A stretch of 62,631 nt of DNA, counting the filler, from Nemertoderma westbladi (lineage: Eukaryota; Animalia; Xenacoelomorpha), in NCBI GenBank assembly GCA_032718475.1. It is 3 parts of 3 records of this genome, joined end to end, with 100 filler letters (N's around TTAATTAATTAA, not from the genome) between each part and the next. Parts side by side here need not be neighbours in the genome. Positions count along the whole stretch, not along the records: positions 1 to 24,451 come from JAUCBJ010008731.1; 2 more parts are not named here. The stretch is one strand, 5' to 3'. Made by a program: the position numbers and the translations under genes. The number at the start of each line of letters is the position of its first letter. The stretch's first letter is position 1. The notes under the pieces are model-generated. The model saw only the letters and a list, made by a program, of their open reading frames with translations. It was not told the origin of the DNA and searched no databases. Below are positions 11,410 to 23,804 of the stretch, one piece after another.

Positions 11410-11947
11410 TAGGGATGCGACAGAGCTCCGGCTCTGGTTCCGGCTCCGGGCAAATTAACCCGGAGCCAATCCGGAACTATGTTGTTAAAATTCGAATTAA
11501 AATAATAAGTTTTTCTGATGTATGAATAATGTAAATATCATAGTAATTAACATAATAACTCATTAAGTAATTTACAGCTTGTTTTTTTAAGTTTCCTGAT
11601 AACCCCCCCCCCCCCCCCTTGTGAAATTGTTTAAATGTTTGAACAAAAACATTAAAATGATTCAGTTAATTCAATTAATTTTCTTCCCTAATTAAAAATA
11701 TTAAGTACATATGTACTATCGTTTCGTTCGTCAGTCTAGAACCCCAATTCAACTGACCCCCCTTTCATGAAACAGGGAGGCTGTTTCATGAACGCATATC
11801 TGTCTATGTCTACTATAATAATACACTGGAATTATCAATCACCAAAACTCCGGCTCCGGCTCCGTCTCCGGCCGGAGCTCATATTGTAACCCGGAGGAAC
11901 CTCCCGTCTCCGGCTCCGGATGACATTTTAGCTCTGTCGCATCCCTA
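11410..11947. mobile_element. hAT-family MITE
   Basis: TIR TAGGGATGCGACAGAGCT / AGCTCTGTCGCATCCCTA. 8-bp TSD GTAGGGTC at 11402-11409 and 11948-11955. Subterminal CTCCGG repeats. Confidence 0.9.
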
Positions 11948-12535
11948 GTAGGGTCCAGGTATGTACGTACATCAGCATTAGGCAGCCATACAGTTAGTAC
12001 ATGATGCCCAGTTAGTACATGATGCCCTTTTGCCGATCCGCCATTGTCCATAATTAGCACTTTAAAGCTATTACAGCACTCGTTTTGTTATCAACATCAC
12101 TCGTGCCGTAACTTGATAAAGAGCTATGTTATGAACAATGATCTATATAGTTATAATATCCCATGATATTAGTTTTGTAAAGACGTTTGTTTTGTAATTT
12201 TCACAATTTAGGAATTAAACTATTTGTTGCAAAGTAGCGTACTGTACAGTATTCTGGTCCTCGAAATATGTTTGCATTCACCCACTACGCTCGTTCGTGT
12301 GACAAACCACTCAGATCAAAACACCGTAAAGTCAATATAGTTAATGTTAAATAAAGTCAAATGACAATTAGTTAATATTATTTACATTATTATTAATCGG
12401 TAAATGTTGACAATTTCTAATTAATCTGCAACGTAATATTATAATTTTACAATTAAACACTGAATCAGTACGTGAACTTTTATACATAATATAAAATAAT
12501 AATAAATAATATAACATATTACTTTAATTACTTAC

Positions 12536-12630
12536 ATGTAGAAAGTTTCCGACTTTATCCCAGAATGAGACCCCGTACTTGTCATTGGTTGATGGATCAC
12601 AGTGCGCACTTAGATCCACTGTATTGGTAT
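12536..12630 (-). CDS. SORT1: Sortilin exon (end of 10CC module / juxtamembrane)
   Basis: AG...GT-bounded and in phase with the previous exon. Encodes (D)TNTVDLSAHCDPSTNDKYGVSFWDKVGNFLH; DLSAHC aligns with DLKKKC of sortilin. Confidence 0.7.
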
Positions 12631-13403
12631 CTGAAATGAGAAAAGGGAATCATTTGTTGTAACTTGGGGTTGAAAAGTTATCATAATTCATTAACTAACT
12701 GCCTTTTACATACAATAAAGCAACTATACCGACTGATGGGCGTGCCGTTAACTAGGTTATGGGAGAGATACAGGAAGAAAATTGGGGACAAGTCGTTAAT
12801 GTTAGTTCATATATTTTGTTCTGATAAATCGAATATTTGATTCCCTTTTAAACACATATTATTTCTGCAAAAAGATGTAAAGTTTACTTCGGCCGTTAGA
12901 CAAAGAATTACTCACAAAGTCGGACGACATATTTCCAATGCGGTCCCCCCAGAACTCTACTCCCCAAAGGAAACCCCAGTACTCATTTAGCTACCATTCA
13001 AGGTAGGGACAGGATACGATACGATACGATATGAAAACTGATTTTCGTATTTCGTATCGCAGTATTTTATTCGTATCGTATCATAAAAATTGACGTCGTA
13101 TCGTATAATACGAATAAATAGTTTTCGTATTTCGTATCGTATTTTCGTTTCTTATTATTTTATAAATATTAATGTTTTTAACAGTCAAACCAGAGATCAC
13201 ACCACTTATTTATTTAAACAAATTATTTTTCTTAAAATTGGGGTATATATTAGGTTAGAGCCTACAGTTTTATTATGTCAATAAAATGTGTAAGACAGTC
13301 TGAGGATCGTTAATCACATTGTAATTAACTGTAGATTAATGATAAAAAGACCAGTGAAATATAATCAAATAAACTTTAAATAAACTTGTGACGAGAACTC
13401 TAA

Positions 13404-14388
13404 GGGGCCATCCATAAATAACGTCACGCTGGACAGGGGGGTGGGGGGGGGGGGGGGGTTTGGTATTTCGTGACGATTTGTGACGAGGGGGAGGGGGGCT
13501 GCCCGCAATATTGTGACGTCACATTATAAGTTTCCGATAAAATTACTGCATATTAAATACATAATGTGTATACTTGTATACTATTAACGTGTCTACTATT
13601 AACGTGTTTACTATTAAATTATTACCTCTTCCAATGATAACCATTAAAATCTTACCTTACGACCTCTACTGCCCTTCCTTAATTGGTAAAATTAGAGAGC
13701 GTGTTTGTAAAGAATGACATATTTTTGCATCGAAATTTTTACTAAAAATCTTACATCCCTTCATGGTAGCGGTAGTTCCAAAACCCGTTTTGATTATCAA
13801 TCCCCTGCGACTACTACTAGGATCGGCATGCTGCATTGCAGCTGCATTTTAAGAATGCTGTGGCGGCTTGTCGTCAAAATTGTGCGCCACAACTCCATAT
13901 CACCCATGACATTTGCTAGATTATCCGCATCTTCAGGGCCAGTGCCCTTTAAGATGCGTCTCAAGAAAGTCATGGGCTGTCCACCATGCTTATTCACTCC
14001 ATGAGGCTGCCAAAGTACAAGATTATGCACTGGCTGGTCCTCACGGCGAAAGCAATGTCCTGCAAAGCGGAGGCCGATCCCCTGCGAACACAGCTGATGT
14101 CCCACCAATGGCCATTATAAGCATGACAGACCACCTGTCGTGCCCATGGGAGCATGTCTGAAAAACTCGTATTTCTGTAATTTGTAATGTTAGTACCTAT
14201 AGTTTATAGTTGACAAATTTATTCCAGATTTATTGTTCTAAAGAGTAATCATTTCATTTTATATAGTGTGACGTGACAGGGGAGGGGGGGGGGGGGGGGT
14301 AGCAATTTCGTGACGATTTGTGACGAAAGGGGGGGGGAGGGGGTCAAAAATGTCTTTAAAAAACGTGACGTCATTTATGGATGGCCCC
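13404..14388. mobile_element. PIF/Harbinger-type MITE nested in the hAT MITE
   Basis: TIR GGGGCCATCCATAAAT.ACGTCACG with TAA on both sides. Confidence 0.85.
13811..14076 (-). mobile_element. 5'-truncated RTE-clade LINE
   Basis: LRFAGHCFRR C-terminal ORF motif, (TAG)n tail, and 11-bp TSD ATCCCCTGCGA. Confidence 0.9.
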
Positions 14389-15041
14389 TAATCGCGCCTA
14401 CAATGCATGTTATATGATAAGGCATTCTAGTGAAAAAATTATTTCATAAATAACGGCAGTATGTAGGCCTTGGTACATCAAAAGTATTCATAGAGTGGCA
14501 TGGTAATATGGTAACGCCTGGGCTCCGTTGCATAACGTATGGATGTCGTAGCCAGTAGACACACTATTGCTGTAGCAAGCATACTGTACTGGAACAATGA
14601 AATAAACATATTTGCCTATTATATGGAGATTTATATGATTTTCTAAGTGTAATACAAAATACAATACAATATTTACCAACTCTAGGATAAAATACGATAC
14701 GAAAAAAATACGAAACTTTTTTCGTATTTCGTATCTTGGATTTTTCGTTTCGTATTGTATCGTATTTATTGAAAATTGCATTCGTATCGTCTCGTTTCGT
14801 GAAAAATTGGTTCGTATCGTATCGTATCATATCGCATCCTGTCCCTGATTCAAGGATCTAAGTACCCATGGAAGACCGGCTATAACATATATAGACCAGC
14901 TTGAAAGGGATGCTGAACTTGAACGAAAACTTCCAGATGGAGTTGGACATAAATTATATTACAGGAATAAAAACAACTTAACCAATAAATCATACAGCGT
15001 TGTGGACTTAGGTCGATATCAAGTTATATTAACTGACGTAC

Positions 15042-15217
15042 CGAATGTAACTCCACCCTCGCAGCCATCCCCGGGTAACTTCCGGTAACCGGATGTGCCA
15101 ACCAGTCGTTTAGTGTCGTTCAAACAGAAAGCCTTCACCTTACCAGCGAGGTCGTAATCTTCCTCGCAGAGAAGAGTCTGGTCGTCGATGGACACCGGTC
15201 GATGGTAACCGAAGTCA
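15042..15217 (-). CDS. SORT1: Sortilin exon (10CC module)
   Basis: AG/GT-bounded. Encodes (C)DFGYHRPVSIDDQTLLCEEDYDLAGKVKAFCLNDTKRLVGTSGYRKLPGDGCEGGV, matching sortilin CDFGYYRP...FCL...GYRKIPGDKCQGGV. Confidence 0.92.
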
Positions 15218-16384
15218 CTGAAATATAAAACAAATAAAATAACTTAAATAACTTAGTTAAATAAATAAATATATTTAAAGAACGTTCAAATAGGACCTCG
15301 ACGTCGCTTTGAATGAATCGATGTCGCTTATGGCCAGGATAGGTAGGTTGTCGCAGTGCAGTCGGAATCAGAACGGAACAAAATCTCGTCATTTGGGTCT
15401 GTGAGTTTAACAAATTTATGAAAGGTACCACCTCAACAGCGAGACAGTTATCCTGGTATATGGTTCTGTCCCGCATTAAACTTAGTTTAAGACTTATTAT
15501 CACAGCAGGTGAGTAGCAGAAGAGGATAAAATAAAGGCAACATTGAGTAAAGTAAAATAAAGTTAACAAACACGAAGTTAAACCAGTGGGGTTAGGAAAT
15601 GTTTGAAGAGTCTACTGCTACTCATAATTTAGTAATTCTCACTTTATAGGCCTACTATTTTAGCCTACACTTTAAACATAAAGCGTAAAACCAAACAATG
15701 TTCCTACAAGGTAACTAAGCAACGATCATAACAATGAATGTAACTAAGCAACCTGGCTTATCTACCCAACCCAGGAGAGCATCTAACTAAAGAAAACTAT
15801 TTTGCACGATATTATTTTTTGACAAGATGGACACAAGGTTATCCAACAATATTATACAATAATGTAAGTTTATATTAACAATATAGCCTTCCATGATACA
15901 ATTTAGAAATCGTATCAATAATTATTACGCTTATTCAATAACTACATTTCAAAAATTGACCAGAACTCATCTATTATAATTCAAACTAACGAGTTTAGGA
16001 ATATATTTAAAATTGTTTGTTAATTATTAACAATTCGATTTTAGTTACAAATAAATTAATTACAGCTGTGCTGGGATAATATTATCATTGTTTAAAAAAT
16101 TATTAGCGTTTGCAAAAAGGATTTGCTTGCCAAGAGAGTCGTGGTGTAGCCAATAACTGATAATAATAATAGTATTGTTTATTATTCATCGTTTAGAATA
16201 AAAACAAAATAGATTTGGCATGTTTTATAAAGTTTATTGGAACTAAATAAAATAATATATTTTATATGATACACGAAGAAAGATAATCAAATATAACGAG
16301 TAATTGTTTTGGAGTAATATAAAAAACACATTTTTTAGGTACAAAATTAGAATCAACCCTAAACATTTTTATTATTAAAAGATA

Positions 16385-17794
16385 ATGAATTTAATAAATA
16401 TAACTTATTTAAAATTCTTGGTGATATTATCGGCTCACTTTGCACACCTGGTTCAAGGTTTACACACAGTTGCCATTAGCAACCGATATAACCCAACGTA
16501 TGTATCAGTGGGCTGGTCATTAGACCTACACTGTCAGATAACTGGTGACACCGAACCGAAAGATACAGCCGCCACTATACAATGGATGTTGGAAAAACAG
16601 AATCAACCTGATATAATCGTTGTTGATATTAAACTCGAGGCAAATGGAGATCAGATTATTTCGAAAGGGGCGGAATATGTAAACAGAATGGATGTTATGG
16701 CAACAGTGAGCAGCGGAACTAACTCGACACTACAAATAAAAGAGGTCGTTTATACGGATGTGGGGAGGTACTACTGCAGCTATACATCGGGGGGAGAGGA
16801 ATCCCGGTCCACAGGTCTCGCGGTAGAGATCCCGGGTCCTGAAGGCGTCGCCGAGACGCAGCCCGAGTGCACCCAGAGCCACGTCTACGCGGAGGGCGAA
16901 CCGGGCTCGCTGCGGTGCTGGGCCGGGAACTGGGTGCCGCCCGCGCGGATCCACTGGGTGCGACTGCTGGAACCCCTGCGACCCGGGAACGAGGTCGAGG
17001 TGACGCCGCCGCGGAGCTGCGGAGTCGGGTGCGGGGAGGCGCGATGGGAGCGGATGTCCCGGGGGATGAGCGGGTGGACGTTGGAGTGCCGCGCGGTGCG
17101 CGGGGACACGGTGCGACGGTGCGGGGCCGTGCGGCTCCTGGTGCAGCACCCCGCCGAGGTGTCGCACCCCGGGGGGGTCCTGGAGGTCGCGGTCGGCGAT
17201 GCCGTGCGGTTGGACTGCGCGTACCGTTCGTCGGCAACGCAATGCGCGGCCTCGTGGTCGCTAAGCAACGGCTCAGTAATCAACTCCACGCTAGTCGAGA
17301 TTCCGGCTATGAACGCGAATCTCGAGGGATTTTACCAGTGCGTGATTCGCTGTTTCCCTGACAACGGACTCACTTGGGTTACCTATAAGAACGTGACACT
17401 GTTGCTAAGACGCAGTCGAGGCTCTAGCAACCAATCAGAAGATACAGCAGTTGGAGTAACTACAGCAGTTTCCATAGCAGCTGGAGTTTTGGGAATCATA
17501 GGAGTCTTTGCCGGTGTGTTTTACGCCATCAGACGTCGTCGTGGCGAAAGCAACAATGAGTCGACCAATCAGAACGAAGAGTTTCAGTTTAGTGATACCC
17601 TGGGAGATACAGGTGTGGTTGGCATGGGTACGATAAGTACCCAGTTTAATTATACGAATAAAAGTTTCGCGTGGGATGATATTAATTTGGACAGCGAAAT
17701 AGATGGGCCTGGGAAAGCAACTGAAGCGGCAATTCGGGACATTGCAGACGGCTACAATCAATGCTATGGGGATATTGGAATGCATGACCTTTGA
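16385..17794 (+). CDS. Intronless type I membrane protein with three Ig domains (V plus two C2/I-like; nectin/KIRREL-like architecture)
   Basis: Signal peptide. V-set LHC...W...LQIKEVVYTDVGRYYC. Second domain LRCWAGNWVPPARIHW...LEC. Third domain LDC...W...EGFYQC. TM AVSIAAGVLGIIGVFAGVFYAI followed by RRRR. Tyr-containing tail. Confidence 0.88.
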   Translation: MNLINITYLKFLVILSAHFAHLVQGLHTVAISNRYNPTYVSVGWSLDLHCQITGDTEPKDTAATIQWMLEKQNQPDIIVVDIKLEANGDQIISKGAEYVNRMDVMATVSSGTNSTLQIKEVVYTDVGRYYCSYTSGGEESRSTGLAVEIPGPEGVAETQPECTQSHVYAEGEPGSLRCWAGNWVPPARIHWVRLLEPLRPGNEVEVTPPRSCGVGCGEARWERMSRGMSGWTLECRAVRGDTVRRCGAVRLLVQHPAEVSHPGGVLEVAVGDAVRLDCAYRSSATQCAASWSLSNGSVINSTLVEIPAMNANLEGFYQCVIRCFPDNGLTWVTYKNVTLLLRRSRGSSNQSEDTAVGVTTAVSIAAGVLGIIGVFAGVFYAIRRRRGESNNESTNQNEEFQFSDTLGDTGVVGMGTISTQFNYTNKSFAWDDINLDSEIDGPGKATEAAIRDIADGYNQCYGDIGMHDL

Positions 17795-18100
17795 CATGTA
17801 AATAATGAAAATTATCACAACACTTTCTCCAGAACAATCTTAAAATTTATAATATTATAGTAAACTTTTTAATTTTTGCAAATTAATAATTAAACCGTGC
17901 TAAGCACGATGAACTGGAGCTCTATACGCCCCCTAGCGCCATACAGAGGAACTGTCTGATAGTTGGTTCTATAATTACAGCTGCTTTTACGTTTCTGTCA
18001 ATTCGCCCCCTAACGGCAGACGGAGGAACTATAGAAGTCTGTCTTTGTGTAGAATTTCTAAACTTTTGATAAACTACTTGTGTACCAATTTCATCCATGA

Positions 18101-18375
<275 letters not shown>

Positions 18376-18473
18376 TACAAACAAACTAATAATAGCTGCA
18401 GGAACCCGAGCAGAGCTCCAGTGATCATTTACTTTTAGAACAGTTTTCACATGAAGATATTCGGTTTAAGAAG

Positions 18474-18700
18474 GGGGTAGCTCAGTTGGTATAGCCCCGG
18501 GCCAATGCAATCTATTGGTTGTTGGTTCGAACCTCGCCAGGGTCCACTCAGTCTTTCATCCATTGGGGTCGATAAAATGAGAACCAGTTTAATTATTGGG
18601 AGTAAAACTTGGATAGGAGTAGCGTCCACCCCTACCCTCGGGTAGCAGCTATCGAAAGAGGAGCCTTCGGGTCGCCTTCGGCTTCGGCCGACTGTTTGCT
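18474..18700 (+). mobile_element. tRNA-derived SINE with Nin/Deu-like core
   Basis: A box TAGCTCAGTTGG and B box GGTTCGAACC. Core CCACTCAGTCTTTCATCC...GGGGTCGATAAAATGAG. Structured LINE-like tail. Confidence 0.7.
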
Positions 18701-18778
18701 TGCTTGCATATAGCTATACTAATTACCGTTTTATCAAACAATGAGGCGTTTAACATATACCAATGATGTGATATATGA

Positions 18779-18918
18779 TGAAGAATTTGTTCGCTATGAA
18801 GTGGGCTATAATATTTGAACTTTAACTAATCACTCAAAGGAAAAATACGTGTATTTTCCTTTGAGTGATTAGTTTAGGCCAAATATTATAGCCCAATCTA
18901 TAGCGAACAAATTCTTCA
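18779..18918. repeat. Near-perfect palindrome of about 140 bp followed by a tRNA-like A/B-box segment
   Basis: TGAAGAATTTGTTCGCTAT...ATAGCGAACAAATTCTTCA with matched inner arms. Confidence 0.85.
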
Positions 18919-19099
18919 CCCGTCCTGGTAGCACAGTTGTCTTAGGACACACAGCCGGCTGACGATTACTGAAAGTTTGAAACCTAGGTACCGGGTTCGA
19001 GCCCCAATAGGGTCGGTGGATATTTTTGCTATGGAGAGCATTATCTTTATCATATATATTATATACATTATATTTATTTTATCAATGTATTTAATTCAC

Positions 19100-19271
19100 C
19101 ATTCGTAATCGCCGTTCACACATAAGCAAGGCGTCGCACTCGAATCCATAGTAAAGAACCCATCGAGATGGCGACACATGCTGGACTTCTTTAATCGTTG
19201 ATGCTGCACCTTCTTACCCAACACACAACCTTGTTTGTGGTCATCCCAAGCCACGTAATCATCTGCATTAC
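19100..19271 (-). CDS. SORT1: Sortilin exon (10CC module)
   Basis: AG/GT-bounded. Encodes (C)NADDYVAWDDHKQGCVLGKKVQHQRLKKSSMC...PCLCVNGDYE(C), matching sortilin GCILGYKEQFLRLRKSSVC...CLCSLEDFLC. Confidence 0.92.
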
Positions 19272-20452
19272 CTGTAAGAAAATAGCAATCATTGTTAGAA
19301 ACTATTATCATATAATTAATCACACAACGAGAAGGTGGGGTTTCTGATGTTTACCCATTGTGCTGAGTGCTTGGTAAGGTCGTGTGATGTGACACATTGA
19401 AGTAAGTGGAATCTATCCGCAGCTGACCACATTTAATTGCACTGACAGTTTTTATGAAAATCGAGTTTCATATCACATTCGACTCGGGAAATTGTACTTT
19501 CTGCGTCTACAAAAAACATATTTTATATCACCATTTTAAATAATGATTTGAAATTATTAAATTATGGAAATAAAAGCCAACATTTGCCTGGTTGGCTAAA
19601 TAAACCAATGACTTAACTTGGTACCAGGCTACCAACGCGCCAAGTCTTAGTTTGAATTCATTGCTCTGTTCTCAAACTGAACATTTATGGAAATGCAGGG
19701 TTTTGCAATTAAGGGGGGGGGGGGGGGGGGGGGGTTTAACCCCCAGTCTTTTTTTTCATCATATTTTTTTTAATGTGTTTTCCGATGTGAAATTTTATGG
19801 TAATTCCGAATCTGATATCACTTTTTCGATAAGGTATTTTGTTCTCGAGTTATGGCAACTTTTGTAATTTTCACCCAAAATTTCAAATTTTTAAATTTTG
19901 GTGCAGCACCACATTTGACACCAAAAATTACCATCAAACACCCATAAATGTGCAAATATTTTGCCATTTTCGGAATCAGCGCCTAAAATTAGCCTATAGG
20001 TATCAAAACCACGAAAGTTAGATTATATTTAAAAATTTGAAAAAATTTTCACTTTTGGTGCATGTTGGTCAGTTGTTATCAGGATGAAATTTAAATGTCA
20101 TTTTTCTCGCATTGGCTTTTTTGGGACACTTTCTCTATCTACTTTTTAACTACTCAACGGATTTTCGTTCTGTTTGCAGAATTATGTAGAGGAATATTCC
20201 CCGCAAAAATTGAATAGACAGAATTTTGACATTTTGCTTTAAAAAAAAGTTATAAAAAGCCGCCCGTCTGTGTAACCCAGAAAGATAAAATAATGTGAAT
20301 ATAAATAAAAGTTAACTGAACATTAAAACCAAATGAAAATAATGATCAGAATAAATAATACATGGGGAAAATCTACAGAATATTAAATTATACCAAACCA
20401 AACCAAACAACACGCCAAACATTCAATATAGAATTCATAATGCTATTCTTAC

Positions 20453-20631
20453 ATTTTTCCAGAACGCTAGCAAAATTAAGAGTTATTATTCTCCATTTTC
20501 CGCCGGTAATACGACCCCATATAGAAACACGGAGAGCATTCTTTCCGGGTTCGGATATCAGATCGCGGAACTTGAAACCGTCGTCCGTGAAAGGGTAACT
20601 GTGCCAGCATTGTCCTTCGTCGTAAGAAAAC
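20453..20631 (-). CDS. SORT1: Sortilin exon (last VPS10 propeller blade with Asp-box)
   Basis: AG/GT-bounded. Encodes FSYDEGQCWHSYPFT...SEPGKNALRVSIWG...LNFASVLEK, matching sortilin FSTDEGQCWQTYTFT...SEPG...ISIWG. Confidence 0.93.
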
Positions 20632-22424
20632 CTAAAATAATAAAGGAGTTACTGTAGTAGGTAGTACCAGCATTATTGATCTTAATGAGATTGCTTGAAA
20701 TTGGAAACAGAGATAGTTTCACCTCCCTCCTCCTTTCTGGGTGAGCCAGAATTTATATTCCCGCTATCAATCTTTAGCTACAAGCGTTTGGAAAAGGTGT
20801 CTCCGTCGATATTACACCGGTCGTACTGTAGTTATTCTTGAACCTAATACTTGGTATCAATGGAACGCTGGCGGACAGTGCAAGGGTTCCAAAGTATGTA
20901 AAAACATTTGGGTTTGGTTGGGAAATAGCTAAGATATGGGCATTCGAAAGAAAGTTGCATGTATTTGTATCCTATGCAGCCATTTATTCTATTTAATACA
21001 ATGTTCTGGAACATTTTGTTTACCCCATACGTAGCTGGGTAACAATTACTCTTACATAGCTATTCATACATAAATAAAATGTTCTAGAATAAGGGGTGTT
21101 TTTATTTTCAAGACAGCGTGAAATACGCCGCGAAATAAAGTAAACTCAGTGATGGGCTATGGAGTGCTATATCACGGCGTGAAATAAAGTAACAGTATTC
21201 ACACAGTATGATTACTGTATATCGCATTCTACGGTCACGCTGGATGTAGGCCTAACAGTAAGTCATTCATCACAGATGCAGACAGCACAATAATCTTAGG
21301 TCGTTACCGGTGCAGCACCGCTGGCGGGACCGGTGCAGCAGCGCTGACGGGACCGGTGCAGCACCGCTGGCGGGACCGGTGTCAATCATTCTGTCGCTGT
21401 CTACACCTAGTAGACCTACTTATTCAGCCTGTAGAAAAGCACACGCTACATAGGTTGTTAGTGATAAGAACGACGTATTCAATTCGATTTAAATTTAAAG
21501 TATCTGTATTCCACTTTCACAGGCTCTCGTTTCATATTTCATTCACTCGCTTACGCTCGTTCGTTGAAATATTCCTACTCGAGCAGGCGTGAAATACAGT
21601 ACTATTTTACATAAATCGAATACATTATTACATATAATATATTAGCCTCGCACAGTTGCAAAACAATGCAACTTTTGAACGCTCATATCTCAACTATTTT
21701 TCAGCGAAATTTAGATGGTAGTACATATTTGGAATCTTTGCATGAGCAATCTCCATGGTAACATTATAGTACAACGAACCATGACAACGAGACCGTCACA
21801 TTGTAACTCTAATAGCAGCACCGGTTTCACCATAAAATATGTGCAAATAAAACCACAAAAACCGTTTTTTAGATAAATATTTCCATTTTCAAATAAAATT
21901 ACATGGATTTTGCTCAAATTACTTGAAACCCTTTTCTACTTCGATGCTTTTCAACACATGCAATAAAATTTAGGAAATTCAAACTCAAACAAAAAGATTT
22001 CATTTCACTTTTTTCACCGGGAAGAAAAGTACTCCCTTTTCTCCCAATTTTGGGGTATATTAGAGCAAAAAAGTAACAATTTAAGAAAGAAATATTTTAT
22101 GTAACAGACAATAATTTGTCGTTTCTTAATTTGACGTTTAAACATATATTATGTATAATTATTGCAATTCTTTCAACATTTTTCTAACCGGCAAAATATC
22201 GATCCCCATTTTTCCATAATTATAATAAAATATTGGGTAAGCTTGTTTCTATAGACAGTATACTTAATTAATCTATTAGGCAATAATTACTTTCTGATAC
22301 AGTAGTTACTATTCAATATAATTAATGCCTATTATTTCTACCAATCAGCAATGAGTTGGCGACGTGAACTATAGAATTATTACGTAGTTGAATATCTGGC
22401 GAGCAACAGGGCAATGGGGATACG

Positions 22425-22438
22425 GTTGCTATGGCAAT
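22425..22438 (+). promoter_or_regulatory. RFX X-box-like palindrome upstream of RAB28
   Basis: GTTGCTATGGCAAT lies about 285 bp upstream of the ATG. RAB28 is a ciliary gene. Confidence 0.55.
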
Positions 22439-22722
22439 GGCGACGCTAGCCAATTCCTGATTTATGCGGTTGGAACAAGGTTACTCTACTCACTACTGTT
22501 GTTCAGCAAAATACATTCTAGGTAGGAATAAGGTTACTTACTGACACAGTGGTACTTATGCAATCGTCATATTATGTAGCAGATAGCGACTTATAATTCA
22601 AATATTACGTATTTGAACAAGACTTTTTACTTTGTTCCTTGCGCTATTTATAAAATATTCTAACACGTCGGTGCAGTAACTGTAAAGGAAGTATAGTTGA
22701 AGCAACTTTATGAGCTGATAAT

Positions 22723-22920
22723 ATGTCGGAATCAGAGCAAGGGCATTCCAGGGAACGACAACTAAAGTTCGTACTGATTGGAGACGGTGCCTCCGGTAAA
22801 ACATCAATAACGACAAGATACTCACAGAATGTGTGCAACAAGGCCTACGCTCAGACTGTTGGAATTGATTTCTTCCATAAAAGAATCTCCTTGCCTGGCG
22901 ACATACAGGTCACATTGCAG
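22723..22920 (+). CDS. RAB28: Rab28 GTPase, coding exon 1 (66 aa)
   Basis: [16 protein letters not shown] (P-loop) and [23 protein letters not shown]. Donor site GCAAGT. Confidence 0.93.
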
Positions 22921-23339
22921 GCAAGTACTGGAGGAATATATGGGATATCTCGTGTAGTTTCAATTAGGTTGCATTAGTTAATCTAATCATACCACACAAC
23001 ATCGCGCAAGTTAACTAATAATTGTTATAGCGCAAAATAAATAATGCAACATGGCATTTTTTATTTGAACTTTGTAATTAAGTTTAGCAAATGACCACTT
23101 GTTTAGAGTTTGATGTTTATAATCAATATGTATCAGTCTTCGAAAAATGGGGAAAAAAATGTACCAAGATGGGCACCTACGAAATGGGTGGAAGGATAAA
23201 ATGTTGAGAGGTGTCCACGCTGCCTTCAGGGGTAACTGCCAAGAGATAAGCGGCCGGGTTGCCTCCTGTGTTTAGTACTGATACTGATACTATTTTTTTA
23301 TATATATAAATCAACATTAATTTCTATCATTTTTTGTAG

Positions 23340-23804
23340 GTTTGGGATATAGGTGGACAAACGCTAGGTAGCGATATGTTAACAAATTATCTGTACAACG
23401 CGAACGCAGTGTTGATGGTTTATGACGTCACAAACTCCTCTAGCTTCCAATCCATCGATGATTGGTATGAGTCTGTACGGAAACTCTGCACACAAAGGAT
23501 GCCTCACTGCGCGCTGCTAGGCAACAAGATCGACATGGAACATATGCGGACGGTGAAGATAGACAAGCACGCGAAGTACGCCCAGGAACACGGGATGTCT
23601 AGCCACTTCGTGTCTGCGAAAACGGGAGATTCGGTGGACATTTGCTTCCAGAAGATCACGGCGGAGATAGTCGGCGTTCGGTTGAGTAAGCCCGATTTGG
23701 AACAGCGCCAGGCCGTAGTTCGGGCCGAGATAGCCGAATACAAAGACCCCGAACCGAGGGAGAGGACTAAACAGCCTACCAGTAGTGTGTGCAGTCTGCA
23801 GTGA
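23340..23804 (+). CDS. RAB28: Rab28 GTPase, coding exon 2 (154 aa; spliced protein 220 aa)
   Basis: Acceptor TTTGTAG. VWDIGGQ (Rab28-diagnostic G3), GNKID, VSAKTG, and C-terminal CaaX CSLQ. Confidence 0.95.
   Translation, partial: VWDIGGQTLGSDMLTNYLYNANAVLMVYDVTNSSSFQSIDDWYESVRKLCTQRMPHCALLGNKIDMEHMRTVKIDKHAKYAQEHGMSSHFVSAKTGDSVDICFQKITAEIVGVRLSKPDLEQRQAVVRAEIAEYKDPEPRERTKQPTSSVCSLQ

Larger units (their letters stand above)
13004..14847. mobile_element. hAT-family MITE with nested insertions
   Basis: TIR (T/C)AGGGACAGGAT. 8-bp TSD ATTCAAGG at 12996-13003 and 14848-14855. Subterminal (ATACG)n repeats. Confidence 0.9.

Noticed and set aside
16719-17361. Overlapping and antisense ORFs inside the Ig gene
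   Set aside because: They are expected from the scarcity of stop codons in a ~70% GC block and show no recognisable domains.
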